From positions 8,806,001-8,870,000 of the forward strand of contig CM119371.1 in assembly GCA_051294905.1 (NCBI GenBank): DNA of 64,000 nt, in the 5' to 3' direction. This DNA comes from Botryllus schlosseri. Its lineage: Eukaryota. The number at the start of each line of letters is the position of its first letter. Within the stretch, counting starts at the first letter, position 1. The translations under genes and the position numbers were made by a program. The notes under the pieces are model-generated. The model was not told the origin of the DNA and did not search any database. It saw only the letters and a list, made by a program, of their open reading frames with translations. Below, piece after piece: positions 1-13,793 of this stretch.

Positions 1-392
1 AATGTCCAATCAGACAGGAAAAAATATTTTACTGAGCAAAGAAACGTTTATGACGGGGATTATTCTAGCAGAATCATGTCGGTGCATATTGCATATAGCC
101 GTTGAAGCTGAATCCACCGATTACGGCTCATCCTGCTCATACCGTGTAGTCTCAAGGTCAGGGATCCACATATAATAAAATTGACCAATCCGGATTTATG
201 TCAGCAGAAAGAGTTTCTATATAATCTCAAAATTTCTTATTAATATATGCCGCTATTTGTCTATGTGTTGTCTTCCGTGTAATAATGTATATTATTTTAT
301 CAGCTGTATTGCAAATTTAGAGGTTTCGCAGATCCCTTGAAAATGCTAAGCGGACCTCTAGGTGTCTGCGGATCGCCGGTTGAGAACCACTT
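1..392. mobile_element. End of a hAT-type element, same family as 16263-17988 and 26793-28213; left boundary not resolved
   Basis: 317-391 (...cggacctctaggtgtctgcggatcgccggttgagaaccact) is the reverse complement of the 26793 terminus (cagcggttctcaaccgggggtccgcggacccctagggg). Confidence 0.55.
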
Positions 393-699
393 CTTAAATA
401 GGTCAACACGACCTTCGACCACGACGGCGAACGCTCTACAAAAAAAGGCACCCGCGTATAGTAAGCCGATATCAATAAATAGATTAGTCCGGAGTTCACC
501 GGAAATGAACATGAACAGTTTCACATGGATATTTGACGTCAAGTTTATTCATTACGCATATGCCCTGGAATGATGGCTACATAAGTAATCAATATGCAGC
601 CGGAAATAGCGAAGAGGTTGTGCATCCCTGTTTTAGAGTGATGACGACGGCCAAAAGTGGCATCTAAAAACTTTACGTACAATGTCTTACTAAAACGAA

Positions 700-3650
700 T
701 CCATCGATATTATATCGTTATATGTTCATGCAAATGCATAAAAAGAGCATACTCGTGGGTGTTTTGGGGGAATGTTCACATGTGTCTTGAAGTGTTCATG
801 CATTAGGTTTTCCATGTCGTCTTATTATATACATACGCTCATTACGTAGATGATGTCACATCCGCTTAGTGGAAATATTTCAATAATATGACGAGTGACG
901 ACCCTTCGAGTCATATTACATCATTGGATATCCTCGCTTGCATTTAAGTTTTGTGCATAGGATACTTCCAATATGAGTTGACTGCTATAGTAAGAAATTA
1001 TGCGTATTATATTTTATATAGGTAATGCTTCGTATCGCTGTACATAAGGATGTTCAGCTACACCTATTAGAAGATATAGATTAGAATATATACGAAGGTA
1101 CGACTTGATCATTAGTAAAAATGCGACGAAATTTAGATTCTTTATTATAGAGTATATGGCTACGACACCAAACGGACACACTGATCATCACCTGGAACTG
1201 CAAGAAACAGGACATCTCAGCGGACAAGGTAAAATCGATAACGCATGCTCAGCACGCAGTGTTTTCAATAGTTGATTTACTCACTCTGCGACACATCTGC
1301 GACACGAAACAGTAGATGACGCAATTCGCAATGCAGTAAATTCGGTTGCCACGGAACGTTCCTGGAGCTCAACAATTATATTCCTCAGAGTTGTTTAGTT
1401 TCGTGGCAGAAGTAAATAAAAAGAGGTCTCGATTTTTTTCATATAATTGTTCTGGTCTTTACATATCTGAAATAAATATATTTTAGATATGCTGAATTAG
1501 CTATATCCTGAGTCAAAATCCTTTCTTAGGCCAAACTACTTCACAAGGACAGACAGTTCCAGCCAGAAATGAAAATAAGTAGTAAAATTTTAACTAATGT
1601 GCGAAAACACCTAATTTGCATACGTGAGATCAAGATTTGGTCAAAATTAGGCTTTTTTTAACTCAAAATCTTCCGTTTTTAGGTTAAAAAATCGCCTTGT
1701 TATTATAAATTCTAAAATATTTACGATGAATTGCGCTATCACCGGTAAGACATGACCGGACCGTGCCTCACTTGTGCCATACCCCTCCTTTCACGTTTGA
1801 TTTTCGAACAATAAATAGGCATCAAATTGCCTGATTTTAGTAGAAAAATGTTTAAAATATACTGGATAGGTGAGGCACTGTCTCACCCACCTCTCGTGCT
1901 ACACCAAAACGCATTAAGTAAAAAAAAACGTGTAAAAAGTTGATTCCTACTTTACTGTTGTATATGTCTACGTCTGTTAATTGTCTTAAGCTTCGAAATA
2001 TGTCATATGCCTCTCAGTACAATACAGGAAAAAATATATAACTTGCGAACGATCTATAAAACTCAACATTCTCATAACTCAATTAAGGCAACCTGCATGA
2101 TTAGTACGAATTTTACGGATAAAATGCGGTGCAAACGATGAATCCCGTGTAGTGAGTTTGACTTTGCGCTACCATGACGTCACCATTTTTCAATTGTGAC
2201 GTATCAATTCATTGACAGGTATGGCTCTTTTGTAGGTAAAAGGGTAAATAAAGGGTCAATATGGCTCTTCGGACGAAAAAGGTTCCCGACCCCTGATACA
2301 TAGCCTACCTCACGCATTCCGGTTCCCAATTTAGCTAGATTGAAATTAGACTTGAATTTTGGCAAGATACGAATTCGAATTATAATTTGACGTTGACATG
2401 TGGAACAGGATTGTAATATGAAAGTACTTAATCCATCCACCTATAGTACAAACACATATTTATTCGCTGAATGGAGGGTTCCGGCCTTACTGGGAGCTGC
2501 AATTGCTTTATTGTCTAACAAATGAAAATTACCTCATAGTGCAGGTAGATCTATGAACCGTGTAGATATGCTTGCGACGAAATTGACACAAAGCCGTAAA
2601 CTATATCGTAACTCATCAAGGCTTCAATCATTGTAATCTTTCAAGTGGCATTGCGATACTAAATTATATTTATAATAATGATTAATGCAATACATTAGAA
2701 GAACGTACATCCTATTGCGCCTATTCGTGGCCATGTTGTCTTTTTATCTAAAATCTTAACTTGTTGAACCCGGTTCGTCTATCAATCTGGTAATGACAGT
2801 ATGTATAAAATAATGTGGCTATTTAACGGAGGACCTTCAAAAATTCCAGCGAAGTAGATCTTTATAGCTGAGTTGTCAATTTAAGTTGTTTTATTCAGAT
2901 GCGGCAAGATCGACAAGAAATTCACGTGCCATGATGTTCAGCATTTTGATCCTACACGTTCTCGACATGATACCTACGATTCACAAGATTTTAGTTCGTA
3001 CTGAAGAGACTAATTCGGACGTCACGATACGTCAGCTAGAATTATTAGTTATAACAAAAGCTTGTTTCATCGTAATATTTCTCTATATTTTGCGGATGTG
3101 TCTCATTTACTGACTAATATTATAGCGGCAATCGCAACGAATTGAATGTGGCAATGATTAAGAATCACCTTCAATTCCATCGGTTAGTGTTAGCATTTTC
3201 CTCGTGCACAAGAAGTTACAATATGAATGATAGACCTACAATCTCGTTTATACTTAGTTAAGTGATTCAACGTTTTCTTGCACGTGATTCTACTGCCTCT
3301 CACCACTTGGCTTTACCATTGACAAGGAAATCAATGCGGCTATCGCTAACGACAAGCTAAAGATGTCATACAGTCAGGTACTTTCCATCTTCGAATCGCC
3401 ACCACAAATGGGGTCGTAAATAATTTTTGGGGTGCGGCACACTATCTAAAGCTGAGTCATGATTACAATCAATGGTCAATCGGTCATAATAGGTTTCTAG
3501 ATCTAGAGTAGTCAAGTCATCACTAATTTGTTGTGCATTTGCTTCTAATAGCATAGTTATTCCTCTCGACACTGGCATTTTAACATGGTAAGAGTAGCCT
3601 AGGCATCGTATCACCAAAATATTCCCTACCTTTACATGTTCTCACGTCCA
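700..3650 (-). pseudogene. Heavily decayed LRR/TIR (Toll-like receptor-like) gene remnant
   Basis: Minus-strand fragments in the expected order: LRRNT/LRR-like RCLGYSYHVKMPVSRGITML..QISDDLTTLDL (3500-3610), LRRCT-like YNPVP..VKL (~2400), TIR-like VTRHIIEIFPLSGCDIIYVMS (~837-900). Many stops and frameshifts. Confidence 0.3.
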
Positions 3651-4564
3651 TTATCATAACAATATTTATAGTTGGCTTTGATGATACATGCTAATTATCG
3701 GCTATTTGGTTCCAATGAAGCTTTTGCTTGTGTTTTGATTATATGTAGAGGGTTGCATTTGAAACAGGTGACGTTTTAGAACGCTTTGTTACAAATTTCT
3801 TGTACAATGTTTTAGGCAAATTTCAATTGTGTTCAATCAAATGTGATATAATCATGTCTAAACTGACTAGATAGTTTGAAAAGACATGTAATATGAAGCT
3901 TCTGACGACTTGCACTATAGAGATAGTCGCATAATACGGTATGTAATGTTTAAACCCATCGACATCGTGGTTGGTTCAACAGTTTTAACACGCGGGGTAT
4001 GTATCAGCTAAGCCTGTGGATCGTCTGATCGTCTGATCGTCTATTGTGTAACTATCACTTATTTAAATATATTTGGAATTCGATGCTCTTTTCGAGTTCA
4101 TAACCTGTGACAGTGAAAGACACGTATAATGTAGTTGCCTGAAAACGTTCTCGCTCTATTCAACGTAACTAGCTACTGAGTTTATTTTGCAGCATACTGC
4201 TCCGATAGCTTGTCGGTGTGATTGTGAAAGTGATAGAATTCAACGAATTAAAAAAACATAGTATGTAATGACTTGGTATGATGTAGGTGGTTTTTTCGTA
4301 TTCATGACGTGTTCGACTATTTTATGGTAAGTCATAAGGATGGTGCGAACGTGAGGTGTGCGGACCTGAGATATTTAGAGGCTGATGTTTGCAACCGAAT
4401 CTACACCAGTTGCTTTTCATCGTGTTCCGTGGAGGCTTGTGGGCCCCAGAGCGGGCCTCTGTATCAGGGGTTTCCTGGAGATCGAGACACACACTCAACT
4501 CATACATATGACCTGTGTTGACACGCCCGTCTTGGCTATCATTGGTTGCAGGTATTTAGTAGGT

Positions 4565-5397
4565 AGGGATGGTGTGAACGTGAGGTTCACGTTCGCGTTC
4601 TGTGTGTGAACCTCAGAAATTTAGAGGTTCACGTTCACAAACAAACCTTGGTAGGTTCTGCACTGTGAACCATCTTCATTTATTGCAATTTTCCGCGTCA
4701 TTGTATCATCTTTGGTTTAAACTTTTAGGTCTTTGCAATCCATTTTCGGACCGCTCTATGCAAGGCGCTGGCAGCATAATAAAAATCAACACTAAACGAG
4801 CATGCACCTTGCGAAAAAATTTAAGCTGATTTATAAGCGAAAAATACAGATCATTCTGGAAACCTCGTGTGTTCCGCATAACATTTGTTGTGTCATAAAA
4901 CAAATCTGCCAGATTGGGGTGTTGGCTATTGTTTAACTTGGTTTTGAGATATTTTCTGTAGCAAGTATAAAAACCGTATTCTCAAAAAGATCAGAATTAA
5001 TGCAGTAACAGTCTGACGTCTTGAGAATATATTGTCAAGTCTAACCTAGACCGTTGGAGCGCAAGCTTATATTTCCTTGCGAGTTCTCGTCGACATTGTC
5101 GGCAAAGCGACGGAAGATACACATTTTATGGAATTGTTACAGCATTAGATTGTTCCAGTTGATACATTTGGTGACTCAGCCTGTACTTCAACATTGCAAC
5201 ATAATGTGGTCTGATTCACATCTACGTATGGTCAGCATGGTGTAGATTTGTATATTACGTTACGGAAATGTATGGTTGGAATTAACAATGTGACGGCACG
5301 TGCCATCATTGATGCGTGCTAGCGATCGTGTTGGGAACGTTTGAAAATGATTCGTGTTCAGACGAACCGGAACCTTTTGGGGGTTAGCACCATACTA
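4565..5397 (+). mobile_element. hAT-type MITE, family A (TAGGGATGGTGTGAAC termini), degenerate 3' end
   Basis: Starts tagggatggtgtgaacgtgaggttcacgttcgcg and ends ...gggttagcaccatacta; colinear with 14138-15125. A more decayed 5'-end copy precedes it at ~4336. Confidence 0.75.
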
Positions 5398-5451
5398 CGT
5401 TAGAATTGTTGGATAACAAAACAAAATTATTCCGAGGCAACGAGCATCTAG

Positions 5452-5523
5452 TAGCAGAGGATGGTGTCGATCCATCGACATCCGGGTTACTAGCCCAGTG
5501 CGCTTCCGCTGCGCCACTCTGCT
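5452..5523 (-). tRNA. tRNA gene with initiator-Met body but AGT (Thr) anticodon; functional variant or pseudogene
   Basis: Reverse complement reads AGCAGAG TG GCGC AGCGGAA GCGC A CTGGG CTAGTAA CCCGG ATGTC GATGG ATCGACA CCATC CTCTGCT A. This is a 72-nt cloverleaf with A1-U72, three G-C pairs closing the anticodon stem, and A54/A60, all eukaryotic tRNAi hallmarks. TTTT runs lie about 25 nt downstream. Confidence 0.85.
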
Positions 5524-6489
5524 TACCGGCATGACAGTGCGACTAGAATTAAAACGAGTTCATGCTCTATGAATCAGATCAGGCTTGTCGAATCGAATCG
5601 AGAGACATAGCGGGTTGACAAAGCGGGTTCGACTATCATTTTCCAGTAACACTTATCACTAGACAAAGTTTTTGCAACTTTTGCAACTTTTTTACAGCTA
5701 CCGGGAAGGAGCTTCCTAAATACGAAGAATTTATGTAGTATGGTATTTCAAGCTGTTTGAAGAAGTTTTATTTTTCCACTTTTCGCAGCTTTTCCTATTT
5801 ATTTTCAGGCGACTTTTTATTGCAACTTCGATCAAGTATTGCGCAAAATGTAAAATCGTGATTTAAAAAACACGATGTTTAACTATTTCAACAATTGTTC
5901 TCTCTTTAGTTTTCTCTACAAATAGCAGTGTGATGGATTAGTTGCATGCCGATGTTATCTATGGCGTAATGGCTTGAATGCCAGAAGTTCAAAATCACAG
6001 CAAAGCACGACAGTGCCTGAACAATGTATAAGTGGATCGTTTGTTTGATTCAGTACGCTCACATTTGAAGTCATTTCCTCTTTGACGGACGTTCAGGCGA
6101 GACCGGTGACAATTACATTTTCCCTGGGTCACCTTATCAGGTTATTGATTTAGTTAAACTTGCCAACACCTAGTTTTTCTGCAATGGCTTGGGTCAAATT
6201 TGCAGACCTAGGGGTTTGGGGTGTGGGATTTGACCTGTTTTATGAACTATCACATCGCTGTTTTTTTTGCGATGATTTCTTCATTCCGTTATTTTCTTGC
6301 TGCTTACCGGCAAATCATGTATTATATGCCGGTCTCGCCAGGCCGTCCGTGAAATGGGAAAGTACCAAATTTGACAGCTCTACAGGAGCTGACAGCGAAA
6401 TATTGCCACGCAGGTTTCAAGCATCAAGATCATAAAAATGTAGGCTATTCATGTAACATACCCTGATATATCTAAAATTTTATAAGTGG

Positions 6490-6810
6490 AACCCTTTACT
6501 CTGACTTTTATTAAAACTAAGTGTAACTTTTCCACGATTTAAGTGCAACAAAACTGTGCCTAACTTATGACTGTTACCTGCCTTGTCAGACTTGTACAAA
6601 CTACTGGATTTTCAATAAGTGTAACCAGAATTAGAATTAAAACTACTCAATTTATAAAACTCGCAGCTATAAAAAGAACTAGAACTACTAGCTTTTTAAA
6701 ATCCGCAAATAGAGCTATAACTAGAACTACTCACTTTGTAAATCTCACCACTACAACCAGAACTACTCCCTTTTCAAAATTCGCAAATTAGGAACTCAAA
6801 CCAACAACAT
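6490..6810. repeat. Degenerate AACTAGAACTACT-type subterminal repeat array, probably a DNA transposon remnant
   Basis: Repeated aaactact/agaactact motifs, e.g. 6677-6690, 6719-6731, 6760-6767. Confidence 0.4.
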
Positions 6811-7433
6811 TTGGAAATTAATACACCGCAGGATAAATATTGTAAGCTTTTTACTGAGTCCGCCGACGTATTCCCTGCTTATCATTCTCAGAAAAATAAT
6901 TCAAATGGAAGGGGTTCCGAGTTTGAAAGGTGAGAGATTTCGACCCCAAAATCCACGCGCAGAATACGCCACGATCAGTATAGCGATGACTCTCAGAAAG
7001 TATAGTGACTAGGTGGCGAGATATCGAGGTGGTATAATCCACACCTGCAACACCAGCGGGTTACGGGTTCGAGTCCGACCGAGGTTGACTCCGGAATTCC
7101 CACCTAAGTGTTGGAGGTTTATCTATAGGCTCCTCCTCGCCATCTCATACGCGAAAGCAGTGTCTTTTAAAAACCCTAGAAGTGGGCCGTGCTACAAGTC
7201 AGCAAGGTGAATTAAAAGAATGAAGAAAATTGACCTGGTGTAAATGACCATAGTAGTCGAAAACACCATGAATAGCCTACCTCAAACGACAAGAACAACC
7301 TTATTCAACAGAACACTGCGATATCCCAATTCACGCAGATAGACGACACGTGTTCGGCAACTAGTAATATTTTGGAATGTGCAACTGCAACTAGAACTGG
7401 AACTACTCATAAAGATGTTAGTTAGTTGACAAT

Positions 7434-10195
7434 AGGCCTTTTGCAGGACTTCGATCACGTGACTAGGTCGCATAGCAACCACAAATTGGGTAGCAAGCTA
7501 CTTTCTCGCGCACCTGCTTCAGTGCTAAATATCGCATATTGTACTGTTGATTGCTGGTTGTAAACGTTTCGGAAATTTGTTGTAGAAGTCATCAGAGATT
7601 CACCTATGCTAGTTGTCAATCATGTACAAAGCATTTAGAATAATATCGTCAGAATTACGCAGAAATCCATCGGTAACGTAGTCGTATTACGGTACTCAAC
7701 TCTGATCATATGTACTTAAATTTATGCATTTGAAGTAAAGCGATTGGTTTATATTCTGGTAAGAGTATTTGTTAGTTCAAGCAGAACTATTTGTCTGTTA
7801 TGGAGCCTGATTTTGGATGGACGATATGACTGAAGCAGCCGGGACCCGCAAGGATCAGGATGTACTGTCTGCTGGTTTGGGTGCTGGCGTGCTGCTATAA
7901 AACCGCTGAACACATCGGAAGTATCTTTTGGGAGAACCTGCCATCAAGACTAAGCAAAGCAGTGCACTTTATTGTTGCCTTATACAATGCCGATCTTATT
8001 AGCACTACTTCACAACTGCGATTGAAGTGGATTTGGCAAATCACACGCGATTTTGATAAATAGTTGATGTCACATATGTGCGCTATTTAGCGAACTAAGG
8101 GAAGTAACTATCAAATAACTCTTAGAACAGCTCAAACGCAGTGACAAGATCGGTCATCCTATACCCAGAGGTGGTCAACGTGGTCATTGTTGGGAACCGA
8201 GTACAAGTAATGCCTCAATTTATACTCCAGTACAAGTAGCAATAATTACTTCCAGGACATGTCCAAAGTACTTCAAGTGGAAGTAGAAATGAATTTCTGA
8301 AAAGTAGTCAAGAAATTCGTTACATGAAGTAGATTTGGTTGGGTCCCTCAGTTTTAGAAATTAATGCCACGTGACAACTGTGAACATTTCATGTTGCATC
8401 TTCTTGATCAACGCAAAAGGGTGATGACACCACAAATATGTGCAATTTTCAAAAAGTAATTTAGTTACCGTGGTACTGGAGCTATTTTGCCCAGTTGTTA
8501 TGACAACCTCACGCTTGAAGGGGGTGCAATCATGCGCCAAAGCTACTTTCTAGTTGACAAAATCCCCAAACTGACAAAAAAGTACTACCTAAAAAGTGTC
8601 AAGTAGAAGTGGAAGTAGCCTAAACTCATAATGACGCTAGTACTCAGGTAAAATAGTACTTCGTTGCTGACCCCCTCTGTGTATTGGTTCAACCAACTCA
8701 GAAACATCCTCTAAAGACGACGAACATTGTTTCTTTTGCATTGACTCCGTAATATTCTGAACTTATGATATTCTTTGATTCATTGAATTTACAAATAAAC
8801 TTGGAAAGAAGTGATATTTATTAATTTTTGTGCATTCGATACCCAGAGCATAAGAAATAGTCGAAGAAAAATGCATGTTAACCTTATCAAGTTCAATAAC
8901 TGCCGAGACTCTTATGCCTATGTATTTTCATCTACCTCCATAGCCACTTGTCTAGACAGATTCATAGCATCTACGGAAGAGCGCTTGTCTTGCTGTACAC
9001 AAATGAAATATCATTTTCGAAGCAGACATCAACATCGGGAAAGAAGTTCAGGACAGTTAGTCAGTGGCCAGATCATCTGCTGACATTTTCTGTTGGCATG
9101 AAACCACGCTGCCTTCTACTGCATGACCAAATTTTATGTGGTGATAATAATTGGCTCCAGGCTGAATTCTTGACGAGGGCATCATCAATTTCTTAGTTTC
9201 CTATGTTCGGCTCTCTTGGGATAATCCATCAGATCATTAATTCGTATACATGTGGTATAGCCATGTCTTGAAACTCAAGATATTTGCACTGTGCCAAAGA
9301 GTGAAGTAATCCAATCCAGGCAATCAATCAAGTAATCCAGGCCTCGGGACAGTTTGCTGCGCCCTCAATTGGAGCTGATGATCATTTTTCTTCGGGTAGT
9401 GGCACTTGGCAGCATGACAGAATGATCAATAACTTGTAATATAGGTGTAGAGGTCTAAATATTTTGAATTGTTCAACTGAGAAGCCATGAAATAGCATAG
9501 GATGTTTAATATATATATAGTATGTAGCACATGGCATGAATTCCTAACACATCAACGTACTGGCACTGGCAGTCATTGTCTCTAGGCTTAAAAATAGCAG
9601 TATCCTGTATATATTGCAATCGATATCAATCATCAAAATGCTGCAATGATTATCAAATACCACTACAATACAACTATAGTATAGTATACTTACTATCCAC
9701 ACCTAACTTAATGCTGCAATAAATATCACGCAGTCAATGTCCTGCAATGTCGAATTTTGTGTCATAAAATCATAGTTGACTACCATATAGCGGCTACAAT
9801 GTCGATCATTTTGACGCAAGGAGTTTACATAGTTCATGAATCGAAGATATCAAACATATTTGAATCCTTGCGCATTTCCATGACACTTGCGTTTTATATA
9901 AAACGTTTACAGCCCGAAAACGATAATATACTGTATCCGAAATATGGCTACGTTAACGACGGATTTCTGCGTAATTTTGACGATATCATTCTATATGCTT
10001 TGTACAGGATTGGCATCTAGCATAGGTGAATCTCTGATGACTTCTACAACAAATTTCCGAAACGTTTACAACCAGAAATCAACAGTACAATATGCGATAT
10101 TTAGCACTGAAGCAGGTGCGCGAGAAAGTAGCTTGCTACCCAATTTGTGGTTGCTATGCGACCTAGTCACGTGATCGAAGTCCTGCAAAAGGCCT
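7434..10195. mobile_element. DNA transposon with ~260-bp terminal inverted repeats, ISL2EU/PIF-Harbinger-like, decayed interior
   Basis: 7434-~7690 (aggccttttgcaggacttcgatcacgtgactagg...) is a near-perfect reverse complement of ~9940-10195, with AT on both flanks. Interior has weak remnants (AGLG..C on + near 7868; FKTWLYHMY on - near 9250-9275). Confidence 0.75.
8166..8679 (-). mobile_element. hAT-type MITE, family H (CAGAGGTGGTC termini, AAGTAG/CTACTT repeats), nested in the long-TIR element
   Basis: cagaggtggtcaac ... gctgaccccctctg; reverse-orientation relative of 13529-13793. TSD not recognisable. Confidence 0.6.
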
Positions 10196-11796
10196 ATTGA
10201 CGGTTAGTCGACCACTGTAGTCGAAGCATCATGATAATCAAAACAACAACACTCTTGTATGGAAGCTTAATTAGGCTACATAAAGCGAAAAGCGAATAGT
10301 GTATTCAGACGGGAGACGATGGTGAATAATGATTGCCGATTGATTGCAATGCTGAACGATTGCTAATTCTTCACAATTAGTGACATCGAGGCGTCTAGCT
10401 ATTGAGTCTAGGCAGGTAGTGTCATAGGTTATGTATAAAGGTAGGAAGTATACTTTGTAAGGATATGTCTTCAGGTATAGATTGGCGTGACTTAAGGTAG
10501 ATACTGGCTACCTGCCGATTTCGTGGTCTCGGATTATAACTTATGTTATACTTTGTATCATGATAAGTTTAGACTTACTTGGATTACTGAGAAATAATTG
10601 TTAGTTTGTGTGAAATCTTGAATGCGACTTGCTAAATGTAATGGAATTGCATGATGAACGCGTCAGGCAACCACGAGTTGGGCGTACACCGACATCCAGT
10701 AGCAGGTATTCTACTCAACAACAGCAACAACGGACGGACTACATTCCACCTGTAGTACCCGCACGTAAGTTGAAAATTGGTGGACAATTATCTGTCATCT
10801 CCTATAGGTGAACCTCTCCATGAAATGTTGAAGACCTCGTAGGCGCAGTTGAACGTAATTTCTACTCTGAAAATGCCATTTATCCATCTATAACTGTAAT
10901 GTGTTAACGAAATAAACTTCTTGTGGGGTCAAACATATTTTCCCAACGTTATCATAATCATCCATTACGATAAAGTAGGCTTAACCTCGCGCTTGCAGCG
11001 ACTGTAAGATAAGTGGGATTTCTGAGCTCTTGGTCACGTGAGTAAGCGTAAGAGGAATGTCACTACCGCTGATATGAAACTGTGGCGACGTTGGCATGCA
11101 GAATGAGTTTGAAATTTGAATTTCGAGGGTATAATTTGTGTAGCAACGAGCAGCGGAATAATATCAAATTCATGAACCTTTACTTTGATCAGTGATTCCC
11201 AACCGTTTTACGGTCCCGACCGATTTTCCGACTCGGCATCGATCTGCGACCCGCATCGGAATTTATTAAGATGAATACTGAGAAAAAGGTTATAACCTTC
11301 ACCCAGAACTGCTCAAAGCCTATTTCACAAGCTAATTACGAAAAGAGTAGACACTTTCGTGACCGCAGGAAAATGTCAAACGACCCCCAAGTTGAGTTGG
11401 CTGGGTCTGATTAGAAATACACAACGACAAAAAGTTCGCTTTCTCGCTTTGGATGCGATGCAAAAATAGGGAGTACTTTATTCGTAAAAAGTAAACGTTT
11501 TCTCCACTACTGTTGTCTCGCTCAATGCATGAAGATTTGCATTAGCAAAGTTGGAGCAGTTTCGTCCTGTATGCTGCTTTCCAACAATTATACGTAGGCC
11601 GTTGGTCCGTATCTTCGCGGACGTGCTTTGATTGACCGTACGACGCTCTCTATTATTCGGTTACCATACAACGTTTTACTTATTCGCCAGCGCCTCCAGA
11701 ATTGTGCTTGGGACGTAATGATGCATCCAAGAAATTTGTGGCGGCATCGGGTGGAAAACTAATCTGGCGTACGGCTGTAGTACATGCTCCAAAGGG

Positions 11797-12207
11797 TAAG
11801 CTTACCATATTTCGGAAACCTAAAAAGAGGACACTTTTTCAGAAATTTGAGACTTGCAAAACCGGAGAATTTTTGTGATCGGTTGACTAAAAAAAAAGTC
11901 ATCTTTCCCACTCAGAGCTCAAAATAGCGCTTTTCTTCCCGCGTTGCTAGGTGGATGACTGATAAAAAACGGTCATCTCGCCGCCCAGAACTAAAACAAC
12001 CGTTTTTCACTCCTAAATACCCGCCGGAGCGTCAGTTCTGTGCTAATTTACGGCATATCACTCGCAATTTGCTCTAAATCTGACCGAAATTTTCAAAAAA
12101 GAGGACAAAATCTCAAAAAAGAGGACAAAAGTGCGTCCTCCGAGGACACTTTCAAAAAAGTCAAAAAAGTGGACCAATCCTCTTAAAAGAGGACTATGGT
12201 AACCCTA
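11797..12207. mobile_element. hAT-type MITE, family L (TAGGGTTACCATA termini, AAAAGAGGAC repeats)
   Basis: taagcttaccatatttcgg ... ctatggtaacccta; flanks ccaaaggg / cccaaggg (7/8 TSD). Confidence 0.7.
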
Positions 12208-13528
12208 CCCAAGGGTAAGTGACCGAAATCATCACGGCCAATACAGCCAAATGAATACACGATCATATACTCCGTACAAAACAGTTCTAGGGTGATGGAT
12301 GATCCCGACTAGCTCATTAGCACAGCTCGCGAGAAACGAATCTCTTATTACCGAAATACTCCAATATTTTTCAGATACTATATTGTACATGATGTTTCAA
12401 GCGGAAAATAGGCAAACGACCCCATAGGGCTACGTTACTCAGGTTAAAAACCGCAGTGATGTTGAGTGTACCCCCTCCCCCACAAGCCAGCGTTTCTCGC
12501 GCACTTGCAGCGTAGTCTGGTCGTGTCGACTGTATGGTAGGATATAGCTCAGCTGATAGACAAGATGACAAGTGATGGAGCGCACAAATGTCATCCGGAA
12601 AGTTTTTTTATTTTATTTATCAGAACATCTGCAAGGGACGCATCGATTTTGTCAACCTGGTACATCCGCAGAGGCACGGCCTGAAACATCGAAAGACGAC
12701 GAGGTTCTGAAAGTAGTATTTCCTGTCGTAATAAATGCACGTAAGTTGATATTGTTAGAGCCGTATTGATGTTCACACAGAGCTTGCGTGGATTGCAACA
12801 AAGTTGACTGTTCTCCTAGTGGTCAATACTCGGTGCGATCTATAGTCAGCGCTTCGGTCCTCTCCAAATGCATTCGATTGTGACGAACCACGTAATAGAG
12901 AACTATCTAGCATGGTGTATAAACCAGCCGATCCTTACAAAGCGAAATTCCGTGCGGGTAGGCTACAAATATGAACAAAGGAGTCCATAAGCGAGCTATA
13001 GCAAGACCTTGAAGTGTTAGTTTATCCTGTGAACTCTTCATGAAACGTAATTGCAGATATAATCAAACTCGTGTTTTCACTGATTTCGTGACCAAGGGAA
13101 ATGTTTGCAAGGGTGGAGCTCATTCGTAACATTATTAAGCGATGTGCATCCCAATCTTGAAGCAAATATGTGACTCGCCCACATTTGGTAGGCCATGGTC
13201 GATGACAGTTCGGGACCTCTAATGTAAAGGAACAAGGCTACACCTGCAGAGAAATCAGCCTTTCGCCCGGCAGGAATTCGAAATACAATGTTTCGACTAT
13301 ATCGCTTCGCTAATGAAACTCTGCCAATCTTACCTACGTGATTCTGCGATCATTGTAATTATTTTCAGTTTTACAATAGACACCTATAGCCTGTATAGCT
13401 CAACACAAATCTCAAAATTTCAACAGCACGATTTTGGAATTAAATTAGGTGTATTATTCTACGCTTCATTAGTCTTCTCACTGCCAGGAGCTGGCGCCTG
13501 TATGCAACTGTTGGCATCAACACGCTAT

Positions 13529-13793
13529 CAGAGGTGGTCGGTAACTAGGTACTTCTACTTTTTGGAGTACTTGAAGTAGATTTTGCCTACTCAAACTACT
13601 TTTTAAGTACGTATGATTTTTACTACTACTACTTCTACTTGACAGTTTTCAGTTTTGTAGGCAAAAATAAGCGCAGAACATCTACTTACTTGCTTACTTG
13701 TGAACCACCACTCCTACTTCTACTTGAGTAGAAATTCCGGCGTTACTTCTACTTCTACTTGAGTAGCGAGGGTGACTACTTTGACCACCTCTG
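13529..13793 (+). mobile_element. hAT-type MITE, family H
   Basis: TIRs cagaggtggtc / gaccacctctg; perfect 8-bp TSD CACGCTAT; internal CTACTT repeats. Confidence 0.9.
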
